A stretch of 16,580 nt of DNA from Candidatus Thorarchaeota archaeon (GCA_048882385.1 JBHLRQ010000073.1:1-16580), one strand, 5' to 3'; numbered from the stretch's first letter, positions 1 to 8,121 are shown. Numbers and translations: made by a program. Notes: a model not told the origin generated them from the letters alone.

Positions 1-908
1 TCTTGATAGAGTGGATACTGTTCATACTCTGTATCATCTGAGTTGAACCAAGTGAGTTGGAAGGAAGCGAGAATTCCCAAGTCGTTCATTCTCAGTAGCT
101 GGTCGTCTCTAAGAAGGACGAGATGTTCCATACGATGACGGTAAAGCTCGTTCGACTCTCCTCCTAAAGCTGTTTCGAAGGAATTCATGACCACATCTGT
201 TGCATTGTCTGTTACGCTATGAACGGCGATCTGGTATCCTGCCTCATGAGCCTCCTGCACAAATGCATCAAGCTCGGTCTGGGTCAAATAGTGCTGCCAA
301 GTGGTGATCCAAGCATCCATTAGGATCTTCACTCCTGCAATCCTTAACATTGAACTAAATTCTTGTCTAGGTTGGTATGCTTGATACCAATCTCCAAAAT
401 CCTGTCCACCCCGACTCATTGTAAGATAGACATTGACACGAATGCGAAGATTGTCCTGCTGATCTAAGGCTATCAGTTCACCCAAGGTATTTGGATTCGC
501 AGTCATTTCTGTAATGCTTGTCCATCCATTGCTCAGGGCATTCTCCATCGCTTCATCTGGCAATGATTGGTTCAGAACATCTCGACGACGTATCCAATGA
601 GCATGGGAATCAATAAAGCCTGGAGTAAGGGTTCTTCCATCAAGGTCAATAACGCGGGTGTTTGGTCCAGCCATTGCAAGGATGTCACTCTCATTACCGA
701 TTGCGAGAATGGATTCTCCTTGGATGGCCAAAGCCTCAGCTTGCTCAGGGTATTGCTCCATCGTGATGATTGTGCCGTTGTGAATTATTGTATCAGGTGA
801 GAGCTCCTCTTCATCGGCTGAAAATCCCTGTGAGGTGAAACACATGGGAGATGATAGTATGAGTGTGAGAACAATCACAACGATAAGATGTGACTTATTT
901 TGATTCAT
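1..908 (-). CDS. Secreted metal-dependent amidohydrolase (YtcJ/Amidohydro_3-like), 3' part outside the window
   Basis: Not in the ORF track; translated by hand from ATG 908 and open to the window edge. MNQNKSHLIVVIVLTLILSSPMCFTSQG (signal-peptide-like), IIHNGTIITM, VIDLDGRTLTPGFIDSHAH (HxH), GVKILMD, GYQIAVH, RHRMEH. Confidence 0.9.
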   Translation of the reverse strand, partial: MNQNKSHLIVVIVLTLILSSPMCFTSQGFSADEEELSPDTIIHNGTIITMEQYPEQAEALAIQGESILAIGNESDILAMAGPNTRVIDLDGRTLTPGFIDSHAHWIRRRDVLNQSLPDEAMENALSNGWTSITEMTANPNTLGELIALDQQDNLRIRVNVYLTMSRGGQDFGDWYQAYQPRQEFSSMLRIAGVKILMDAWITTWQHYLTQTELDAFVQEAHEAGYQIAVHSVTDNATDVVMNSFETALGGESNELYRHRMEHLVLLRDDQLLRMNDLGILASFQLTWFNSDDTEYEQYPLYQ

Positions 909-1004
909 CTTGCCAACACTGAACCTAAACTTTGTTCAGGGCTTTGGCTTAAGTCTTCCGGCTTTGGAGTTCAATTTCGTCATTGTCAGGGGTGATGATC
1001 TATC

Positions 1005-1451
1005 CTAGCTCTTCTTTGGTTCAAGCTTCTGAACAGCACGTGCAGGATTTCCTGCGACCATTGTCAAAGGAGGGACATCCTTACTCACCACCGCGCCTGC
1101 AGCAACAATTGCCCCTTCTCCAACAGTGACTCCTGGAAGAATAATAGATCCAGCTGCCAGCCACGCACCCTTTCCAATCACCACTTTCTTTGGGCCTTCA
1201 TGAAAGATCTTCCTTTTCTGATGATAAGGACTTGCACCTGAGTGAGCCATCAGTTTTACACCCGGTCCTATGCTTGCCCAATCTCCTATCTCAATATACT
1301 CCGGATACTCACCATCCACTAAGACCTGAAATCCCATGTAAACCCCTTTTCCTATCTTGACACCACATTTTCGGTACACACTTGCTCTGAATTGGTATGA
1401 TGGTGCCAACCAAGCAAGAATTCGTAAGAATCTTCCAAGCAGTTTACCCAT
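1005..1451 (-). CDS. Hexapeptide-repeat (left-handed beta-helix) acyltransferase, maltose/galactoside O-acetyltransferase-like
   Basis: GVKIGKGVY, IEIGDWASIGPGV, VVIGKGAWLAAGSIILPGVTVGEGAIVAAGAVVSKDVPP...GNPAR. Confidence 0.93.
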   Translation of the reverse strand: MGKLLGRFLRILAWLAPSYQFRASVYRKCGVKIGKGVYMGFQVLVDGEYPEYIEIGDWASIGPGVKLMAHSGASPYHQKRKIFHEGPKKVVIGKGAWLAAGSIILPGVTVGEGAIVAAGAVVSKDVPPLTMVAGNPARAVQKLEPKKS

Positions 1452-1457
1452 ATCTCA

Positions 1458-2435
1458 TCACCTTGCTCCTCTTCTCCATAAGACTCTCCTCAGGTAGTCT
1501 GAGAACACCCAATTGTCGATATCTCCAGTAAGAAGAAGACAGAATGTACTGTCACCTCTCCATTTGCCATGAGTATTCCAGTATTTCACTGCCTCTGTTG
1601 GAGTTGTGCACCACGCTCCAAGACTATGAGCGTGTTGTGTGACATCCTTTAGGCACTGTGAAAACTCAGATTGCCCCATTCTGATAGGGTGCAGATCAAA
1701 CATTATGACTCCATTTGTCTGAGCTGCGTTACTCACTTCTTTATTTAGCGCTCTTGTAACATCCTTTGGCCCCATCCCTAGTCTGTCAATCATCAGATCG
1801 TCACTTTGGATGTTTAGAGGTATATACGTGACCTTGGACTCTTGTCCATCAAAATCTGTATGGAAAAATTGAGTCTTCTCACGGTGTTCTGGTCTGTATC
1901 CGAACCCGCCATCCCAAAGAAGTCCTACTTGCTCCAATAGGAGCGGCATATCATCTGTATAGTTATCGTATGGTGCTCTGAATCCTGAAATATCAATCCC
2001 TAAATTCTTGAATACTTGAAGGCTAAGTCTAAGATCCTTCTCTCTCTCTTTGGCTGAAAGGGTGGGGTATCGTACGTGATTGTATCCGTGACTAGCGACT
2101 TCATGTCCTTCATCCGTAATCATCTTTACAAGCTCAGGCTTCATTTTGGCTACTGATGCGACTGTAGGAAATGCAAATCGACCATTTGCTTCATCAAGAG
2201 CCGAGAACATGTTTTGCAGTATTGTAGTGAATGGAGTCCGGTGAAGTTTCAGCATACGAAACAGCTGTCGAGGAGCTCTCAAACCCCATCTTCTGCTCAG
2301 CTGCCCAACATAGTTTTGTCCGAACACAGTTTCCACCATTTCTGTAATAGGTTCTGTCTTATGCGACTCTTTCAAAAGGATTCCGACCGCCATCATAAAT
2401 CGCGCACTCATGGGAACACTTATCGAAGAAGTCAA
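1458..2435 (-). CDS. Polysaccharide deacetylase (CE4/NodB family)
   Basis: GHEVASHGYNH (HxxxH metal motif), GFRAPY, VIMFDLHP. The motif-1-like LLTGDID lies near the C-terminus. TTG start is preceded by GAGG; a later ATG start is possible. Confidence 0.88.
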   Translation of the reverse strand: MTSSISVPMSARFMMAVGILLKESHKTEPITEMVETVFGQNYVGQLSRRWGLRAPRQLFRMLKLHRTPFTTILQNMFSALDEANGRFAFPTVASVAKMKPELVKMITDEGHEVASHGYNHVRYPTLSAKEREKDLRLSLQVFKNLGIDISGFRAPYDNYTDDMPLLLEQVGLLWDGGFGYRPEHREKTQFFHTDFDGQESKVTYIPLNIQSDDLMIDRLGMGPKDVTRALNKEVSNAAQTNGVIMFDLHPIRMGQSEFSQCLKDVTQHAHSLGAWCTTPTEAVKYWNTHGKWRGDSTFCLLLTGDIDNWVFSDYLRRVLWRRGAR

Positions 2436-2470
2436 ACCTCTTTCTGCTATCTTAGAAATCAGGTGAGAAG

Positions 2471-2875
2471 ATGAAGCTGAGTCATATTGGAATCCTTGTG
2501 ACAGATATCGAAGCAGGCATCAAGAATCATGAGAAACTGTTTGGATACAAACAGATAGGTCCCATTGTTGATGACCCAGTTCAGAAGGTTAGAGTTGTTC
2601 TTATGGGAATCTCGGAAACAGACCCAGTTAAGATTGAGCTCATCTCTCCTCTTTCTGATGACTCTCCAGTTGCTGATCTTCTAAAAAAACGACAGTCACT
2701 ATACCATCTGTGCTATGCTGTGTCTGATATTGAAGCAGCTAAAAAGAAAGCTCGAGAGAATGGAGCTGTCATCATTTCACAGCCAGTAGAAGCTCCGCTC
2801 TTCGATGGTCGAAAAATCTGCTTTCTTTTCACTCGAGACCATTATGTAATTGAATTGGTGGAAGGAGATCATTGA
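2471..2875 (+). CDS. VOC/glyoxalase family protein (methylmalonyl-CoA epimerase-like)
   Basis: LSHIGILV, KIELISP, LYHLCYAVSDIE, VIELVE metal-ligand pattern. SD AGGTGA at 2461-2466. Confidence 0.9.
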   Translation: MKLSHIGILVTDIEAGIKNHEKLFGYKQIGPIVDDPVQKVRVVLMGISETDPVKIELISPLSDDSPVADLLKKRQSLYHLCYAVSDIEAAKKKARENGAVIISQPVEAPLFDGRKICFLFTRDHYVIELVEGDH

Positions 2876-2914
2876 ATCACGATCTCGCTAGTGCAATAAT
2901 TGCTCTAGGACTAG

Positions 2915-3859
2915 TTATTCACTTCTCACTCCACTATCTACCACAAATACCTTGGAGAATAGATCGAACAATGGTTCAACATAGCTGATATTCATCTTTG
3001 AGTAGACGAAGTTACACATGTCAATGAACCTGTCTGCCCTTTCATCCGCATATTCCTCTATTCCGATGATCTTCTTCGTTCTTTTTGCTAGGTCTCTCAC
3101 AAGTCCCCTTGCACCTTTGTCTTCTGCAAAGAGTTCAGTTGCTTCTTGTTCAACTCTTTTCAGTTGACTCTTTACGCGTATATCGGATACATCATCTGCT
3201 CCAAAGCTCTTGACAACATCCATTAGAACATCCAGGACACCATTATGAAGTCCTGCAACCAAAGCTTCGATTTCATAAGCGGTAAAACGTACGGTTGTAC
3301 CATCTTCTGTGAGCTGCCATTTTAGGTCGCTACTTCTGCTCACAGTTATCTTTCGTTGACCTATGACAATCATCTCGTCGAAGAACCTGGAGTCTATACT
3401 ACTTCGTAATGCTGTCTTGATAATGGCAGCCTCTGGAAGCTTGACCCGTATTGAATTCCCTCCATTTGTGATGACCAAACACAGGCCATTTGAAGGTTGT
3501 ATCTTTTTCACATAATCCGACGGTGGTGCCACTTCTACAGGGGGTAGATGTTTCAGCTTTTCAGCCAGCTCTCGGACTTCAGCTTCTGAGCAGATGTAGG
3601 TTTGTCTGTCTCCAGAGATTGAGATAGTGCCATCATCTGCTCTTTCGAAATCTATTCTGTTTCCACCACCCACATCTGTAGTTTTATGGTATGTTTGCTT
3701 ATAGCTACGTGCTGTTTGCGCAAGTTTCTCTAATGCTGCGGATATCATATGGGCTTCTCCATATCCCATAGTAATCTCTGCGTTCCCCTCGGTTCCGCGG
3801 CCAATACCAAGGGCTCCATCCTGTCTTATCTTGACGTACATAACCAGCCACCGAGTCAT
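2915..3859 (-). CDS. Hypothetical protein with four internal ~40-aa beta-beta-beta-alpha repeats and a helical C-terminal region
   Basis: 314-aa ORF; ATG 3841 (MYVKIRQ) is an alternative start. Repeats are visible by eye; no catalytic motif recognised. Confidence 0.8.
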   Translation of the reverse strand: MTRWLVMYVKIRQDGALGIGRGTEGNAEITMGYGEAHMISAALEKLAQTARSYKQTYHKTTDVGGGNRIDFERADDGTISISGDRQTYICSEAEVRELAEKLKHLPPVEVAPPSDYVKKIQPSNGLCLVITNGGNSIRVKLPEAAIIKTALRSSIDSRFFDEMIVIGQRKITVSRSSDLKWQLTEDGTTVRFTAYEIEALVAGLHNGVLDVLMDVVKSFGADDVSDIRVKSQLKRVEQEATELFAEDKGARGLVRDLAKRTKKIIGIEEYADERADRFIDMCNFVYSKMNISYVEPLFDLFSKVFVVDSGVRSE

Positions 3860-3953
3860 GAATGTGAGTCTTTTGTTGAAAACTTTTCTGGAGTTTCTTC
3901 AGACATATCCGAAATGTCAAAAGAACAGGAACTACCTCATAATTTGACCAATC

Positions 3954-4127
3954 ATGGCTGAAGATGAGATTTGTGAAATCACCCTCATATTACATGATCT
4001 TTCTGATGACAGGATTGTATGTCCTTTCAGTGAAGGTAGATGGAAAAAGGTAGGTGATGCTCTTATTCTCTTCATGCTCGTTGGAATGCCTATTCTCTAT
4101 CTAATTGCTATTTTGATGACTATTTAG
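3954..4127 (+). CDS. Putative 57-aa small membrane protein with one C-terminal TM helix
   Basis: MAEDEICEITLILHDLSDDRIVCPFSEGRWKKVGDALILFMLVGMPILYLIAILMTI*. Fills an otherwise empty gap and ends 20 nt before a strong hairpin. Shorter than any ORF in the supplied track. Confidence 0.6.
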   Translation: MAEDEICEITLILHDLSDDRIVCPFSEGRWKKVGDALILFMLVGMPILYLIAILMTI

Positions 4128-4147
4128 AACTAAAATGTGCAGAATTG

Positions 4148-4175
4148 TATGCAGGAGGCGTAACGCCTCTGCATA
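4148..4175. terminator. GC-rich hairpin between convergent genes, possible bidirectional terminator or 3' stabiliser
   Basis: TATGCAGGAGGCG-TAA-CGCCTCTGCATA: 12-bp stem with a one-nt bulge, between the stops at 4127 (+) and 4183 (-). Confidence 0.5.
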
Positions 4176-4182
4176 ATCGATT

Positions 4183-4542
4183 CTAGATTGAATCTGTAAC
4201 ATCGAAAGCTAGAGTACCTGCTTCCTTTGTTTTTAGAGAGAGGTCTATCTTGTGTTCTCCTTCTGAAAGAGGCTCTCCCTTTACGATGAGTTCAATCTCT
4301 ACTCCAACTTTTATCGGAAAGGTATTTTCTTCACTTATATCAGACCCTAGGATTTCAATACCTTCAGATCTAATAGTCAGGTCGTCAAGACTATACTCAT
4401 TTCCATCCACCTTTATTGGTGCCACCGCTGTTGTAGTACCTGGTGATAGTGAGTTCTTCAGTTTTAACATAAAGCCGCCTTCGACGTTTTCGAGGCTCCC
4501 TTTGATGTAGAGTTTTCTAAGTAAGAACGCTGGAATTTGCAT
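4183..4542 (-). CDS. Conserved-looking hypothetical small beta-rich protein
   Basis: 119 aa, MQIPAFLLRKLYIKGSLENVEGGFMLKLKN..., with an alternating beta-strand pattern. GGAGG and a TATA-like CTTATAAAA lie upstream on the minus strand. Confidence 0.8.
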   Translation of the reverse strand: MQIPAFLLRKLYIKGSLENVEGGFMLKLKNSLSPGTTTAVAPIKVDGNEYSLDDLTIRSEGIEILGSDISEENTFPIKVGVEIELIVKGEPLSEGEHKIDLSLKTKEAGTLAFDVTDSI

Positions 4543-4591
4543 TTGTCATTTAGCCTCCACTAATACTGAGACAGCCAGCAAACTTGTGAAT

Positions 4592-4647
4592 CTTTTATAA
4601 GTTCCGAAGTAGAGCCACGACTATTTTTTGGTCACAAAATGTATAAG
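4592..4647. promoter_or_regulatory. Candidate back-to-back archaeal TATA boxes for the divergent 119-aa and 122-aa genes
   Basis: CTTTTATAAG at 4592-4601 and CAAAATGTATAAG at 4635-4647, each roughly 50 nt from the nearest start codon. Confidence 0.4.
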
Positions 4648-4697
4648 CCATCATGATTCGTCTGAGCATGAAACACACAGCATAAGGAGAGAAATGG

Positions 4698-5066
4698 TTG
4701 CAGTTTGATTTCTTCGACATTTTTGGTGACATCTTTGGAACATTCTCAATAATGATCATACTTATTCCCATAATCATGGTGGTTGTTGTTGTCATAATCG
4801 TGTTTACTGTGTGCAGAGCTGGATCCAGTGTGGCTACACAGGTAGCTCGAGGTTTTACTATTGAGGCACCTTCTTTTGTAATTCCTGAGAGACATCGTGG
4901 TCATCAGCGATCTGATGGTTCCGAGATAAGAACAGTCAGACTACCTGAAAGGTGTCCGTCATGTGGTGCAGCATTGTCTCATGAAGGAATTGACTGGACT
5001 GGACCCCTTGAGGCTAAATGTAATTATTGCGGAGGTACTGTCAGAGCCAATTTTGAACGTGTCTGA
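4698..5066 (+). CDS. Membrane-anchored zinc-ribbon protein
   Basis: Long N-terminal hydrophobic segment (IMIILIPIIMVVVVVIIVFTVC) and C-terminal CPSC...CNYC. TTG start after AGGAG. Confidence 0.8.
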   Translation: MQFDFFDIFGDIFGTFSIMIILIPIIMVVVVVIIVFTVCRAGSSVATQVARGFTIEAPSFVIPERHRGHQRSDGSEIRTVRLPERCPSCGAALSHEGIDWTGPLEAKCNYCGGTVRANFERV

Positions 5067-5214
5067 TAACCTACTATCCCGCCAATGCTTAGATAATACA
5101 ATCACACTTAGTTTATCAAATCAAGTTCGTATCAGTTAATGGTACCGAGATTGAACATTGGGTAAAGTATTTCAAAGATATATCACAAACAAATGCTTCA
5201 AGAGGATTAACTAC

Positions 5215-5490
5215 ATGGTCGAAGCTCTGGAGATGCAGGAGGATGGGACTACTCTGGATGTAGACTTGACAGAAGAAAGTCTTCAAGCTGACCGTGTTTT
5301 CTGTGTAGTTGATGATACAAACAAGAATGTCTACATCTGGCTGGGCAAAGAAGCAAATGTACGAAAACGGTTTGTTGGAGCTCAGACAGCAAGCAAAATT
5401 CGAGGAGAACTCAGTACGGGGTTCAGGGTCCGTTCGCTGGACCAAGGAGATGAACCTGTAGCTTTTTTCAACTCCTTGAAACGTGACTAG
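5215..5490 (+). CDS. Single-domain gelsolin/villin-family protein (Asgard ProGel-like)
   Basis: SLQADRVFCVVDDTNKNVYIWLGKEANVRKRFVGAQTASKIRGE...VRSLDQGDEPVAFFNSL fits the gelsolin-domain pattern (IYxWxG, long helix, V..QG.EP..F). ATG 5215 after GAGGA is preferred to TTG 5158. Confidence 0.85.
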   Translation: MVEALEMQEDGTTLDVDLTEESLQADRVFCVVDDTNKNVYIWLGKEANVRKRFVGAQTASKIRGELSTGFRVRSLDQGDEPVAFFNSLKRD

Positions 5491-5552
5491 ATACTAGCTA
5501 TTCCGTAACATTATATAGCACACTAGGCTACGAACGTTGAGAGGTCAATAGT

Positions 5553-6596
5553 GTGAGAGGATTGATGAAAACCGCTCGTGGGGTTGGGAATCTTGAGCTG
5601 AAGGAGATTGAAAGACCAACACCAATGGGGGATGAAGTCCTAATCGAAGTAGCTGCAGCTGGTATTTGTGGAACTGACATTCACATCAAGCATGATCAGG
5701 CTTTCTACAACCCTCCTGTTGTCCTTGGGCATGAATATTCTGGAAAGGTGGTTGAAATTGGAGGTGACGTGACATCTGTAACGGTAGGTGATCCTGTTGT
5801 TTCTCCAGCAACTGCTTATTGTGGTAAATGTCATCAATGTAAAACTGGGCATATGAATAGATGTACAGCAACCGACAAGAGAATTCTTGGAACATCCAAT
5901 GCCAATGGAGCTTTCGCGAAGTACCTGATTGTACCCGATTATATAGTACATAAAGTACCAACGAAAGTATCAATGGAAGAGGCAGCACTTGCTGAACCCT
6001 TTGCATGTGTTGTACACTCGGTGATTGACAAGACTCCAATTTGTCCCGGTGATGTCGTAGTTGTTCAAGGACCTGGAACTATGGGCTTAATGGCAACTCA
6101 AGTCGCTAAGTCAATGGGAGCAGGAAAGGTCATAGTTACTGGTGTGACTGCTGATGAATGGCGCTTTGATATCGCAAAGAAAATTGGTGCTGACATGACT
6201 ATTGATGTACAGAGTGAATCTGACCCGGTTGGAATTGTCAATGCTGAAACTGATGGTCGAGGTGCTGATGCAGTCATCGAGGCGTCTGGAGCCTGCGTGG
6301 CTTGTACACAGGCTTTGGACTTTGTAAAAGTGGCTGGACATGTTACACTTCTGGGGGTTCGAGGCCAACCAGCAAACATCGATCTTGATCCAATCATCAC
6401 TAAAGAACTCACCATGTCTGGAACTTGGGGGACTCTGCCATCTTCTTGGGTGACAACACTTAGGCTCCTGTCTTCGCGTAAAGTAGATGTTACACCACTC
6501 ATCACTCATAGAATCAAACTCTCAGAATGGGAAAAAGGGTTTGATCTGATGGAAAGCCAAAAAGCAATCAAGGTTCTCTTCACTAGTTTTGAGTGA
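5553..6596 (+). CDS. Zn-dependent medium-chain dehydrogenase (sorbitol/threonine dehydrogenase-like)
   Basis: GICGTD, LGHEYSG, structural Zn CGKCHQC...C, LAEP, GPGTMG nucleotide-binding motif. Confidence 0.95.
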   Translation: MRGLMKTARGVGNLELKEIERPTPMGDEVLIEVAAAGICGTDIHIKHDQAFYNPPVVLGHEYSGKVVEIGGDVTSVTVGDPVVSPATAYCGKCHQCKTGHMNRCTATDKRILGTSNANGAFAKYLIVPDYIVHKVPTKVSMEEAALAEPFACVVHSVIDKTPICPGDVVVVQGPGTMGLMATQVAKSMGAGKVIVTGVTADEWRFDIAKKIGADMTIDVQSESDPVGIVNAETDGRGADAVIEASGACVACTQALDFVKVAGHVTLLGVRGQPANIDLDPIITKELTMSGTWGTLPSSWVTTLRLLSSRKVDVTPLITHRIKLSEWEKGFDLMESQKAIKVLFTSFE

Positions 6597-6961
6597 ATCT
6601 GGATGGTGCACTTATGTTCCTAACAAAGGATATTGACTCTGAAGAATATCCAATCTATAATCAGCCTGGTATGAAAGGTGTACGACGAAGACCACTTCTC
6701 AATCCTGACAATTCCTCGAAGAACTTTGCAATTCGCATGTACACCATCGAATCCGGTGGACACACATCGTACGATATTCATCCACACGAACACGGAGTGT
6801 ACATATTCAGTGGGGAAGTAACAGTTAAGATTGGAGAGCAGGAATTACTTCTACACACTGGAAATGTTCTCCATATAGGTGGTAATGAACCCCATCAGTT
6901 CTTCAACCACGGAACAGAACTCGTGAAATTTCTGTGTGTGCGAAACTTTACTACTGTCTAG
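6593..6961 (+). CDS. Cupin-2 domain protein
   Basis: HPHEHGVYIFSGE...GNEPHQFFN metal-binding motifs. GTGA overlap with the dehydrogenase stop; ATG 6614 is an alternative start. Confidence 0.9.
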   Translation: MNLDGALMFLTKDIDSEEYPIYNQPGMKGVRRRPLLNPDNSSKNFAIRMYTIESGGHTSYDIHPHEHGVYIFSGEVTVKIGEQELLLHTGNVLHIGGNEPHQFFNHGTELVKFLCVRNFTTV

Positions 6962-7316
6962 GCGCCCAAGCATCAAGACAATCTTGAATTGTTGCTATAT
7001 GGGAAGCAGCAGGACCCCCACCCATCACTATTGCAACAGAACAAGCCTCCATGATCTCTTCTCTGGTAGCACCCAATGAAAGGGCTTGTTTGGTGTGATA
7101 TACCATGCATTCCTCACATGGTGAAAGAATTGATGCAACTATACACATCATCTCCTTTACCTTCGCAGAGAGAGCACCATCCTTGTGTACCGCCTTCTGT
7201 AAGTCGGTAAATGCATTTCTCACATCAGGGATATCCCTGTTGAGTGCTCCAAAATGTTTCATGAAGCTCTTTAGGGTCTTCTCAACTTCGTCAGTTGTCA
7301 TTAAATCATTCCTCAT
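6951..7316 (-). CDS. Carboxymuconolactone decarboxylase/AhpD family protein with CxxC
   Basis: DGALSAKVKEMM...PCEECMVYH...ALSLGATREEIMEA...MGGGP. ATG 7301 after GAGGA is a likely start. Overlaps the convergent cupin stop by 11 nt. Confidence 0.92.
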   Translation of the reverse strand: MRNDLMTTDEVEKTLKSFMKHFGALNRDIPDVRNAFTDLQKAVHKDGALSAKVKEMMCIVASILSPCEECMVYHTKQALSLGATREEIMEACSVAIVMGGGPAASHIATIQDCLDAWAPRQ

Positions 7317-7326
7317 GTTGAGAGGT

Positions 7327-8121
7327 TCATGGGACTGGTGTCCCCAGATTCCATGTTGGCTTTGAATAGCGGCTCTGATATAAAACCTGTGAAGTGTCCT
7401 TCTCCTCCTTAGTTAGCTGGCCAATCTTCGATGATCTTCCTGATACTGACTCAATGCTCTCTACAATCGCCTGTTTAATTTGATCTAGCTCTGGACAGTT
7501 GTCTATTTCATTAGAGATGTTCGTCACTACATCTCTCTTACTCTCTGTGCATCTGATTCGAAACCGGTCACGGAGATATTTCGGCTGATTCTTTGGTGGG
7601 TTCAAGCTCTCTCTTAGGGAGGTCAAGTCTGAGCATACTAATAATGTGCCATGTAGGAAGGCAACACCACGTTTGAGCCATCCTGCAGTTCCAGTTATTT
7701 TGAGTTCACCAATTCTTATACATGATCGAATAGGGTCATAATTTGCAGGGATACCAATGGATTGTAAACCAGCTGCGACTGAACCAATAAATCTCTCATA
7801 GATTTCTTTCAATGTTCTTGGCACAAATCTTTCCATCTTATTAACACAGATTGAAAAGTTAAGATTACCCTGGTCATGATAGACTGTGCCGCCACCAGTG
7901 AATCGCCTGGCAATTGCGATTCCGTTCTTTCTACAGAAATCAAGATTGACTTCTTCATGTACGCATTGAAATCGCCCAATCACCACTGCCCTATCAGATT
8001 TCCAAAAACGAAGTGTGTTCTCCTTTTCTTCTTGTTTGGACATAGTCCTAGCTAGACTCTCATCTATTGAGAGATTCCGAAAAACATCAAGGTCGATCTC
8101 TTCAATGATTCGCCAGGACAT
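7327..8121 (-). CDS. lplA: Lipoate-protein ligase A, catalytic domain only
   Basis: TLRFW, VVIGRFQ, RRFTGGGTVYHDQGNLNFS, KITG, HGTLL; ends at YSKPTWNLG. Confidence 0.9.
   Translation of the reverse strand: MSWRIIEEIDLDVFRNLSIDESLARTMSKQEEKENTLRFWKSDRAVVIGRFQCVHEEVNLDFCRKNGIAIARRFTGGGTVYHDQGNLNFSICVNKMERFVPRTLKEIYERFIGSVAAGLQSIGIPANYDPIRSCIRIGELKITGTAGWLKRGVAFLHGTLLVCSDLTSLRESLNPPKNQPKYLRDRFRIRCTESKRDVVTNISNEIDNCPELDQIKQAIVESIESVSGRSSKIGQLTKEEKDTSQVLYQSRYSKPTWNLGTPVP

Noticed and set aside
567-800. 77-aa + strand ORF, and the other short ORFs antisense to or nested in the dehydrogenase, E1/E2, fwd and methyltransferase genes
   Set aside because: Shadow frames of well-supported genes, with no recognisable motifs.
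4595-4795. 66-aa minus-strand ORF starting MTTTTTM
   Set aside because: Antisense reading of the Val/Ile-rich TM segment of the 4698-5066 gene.
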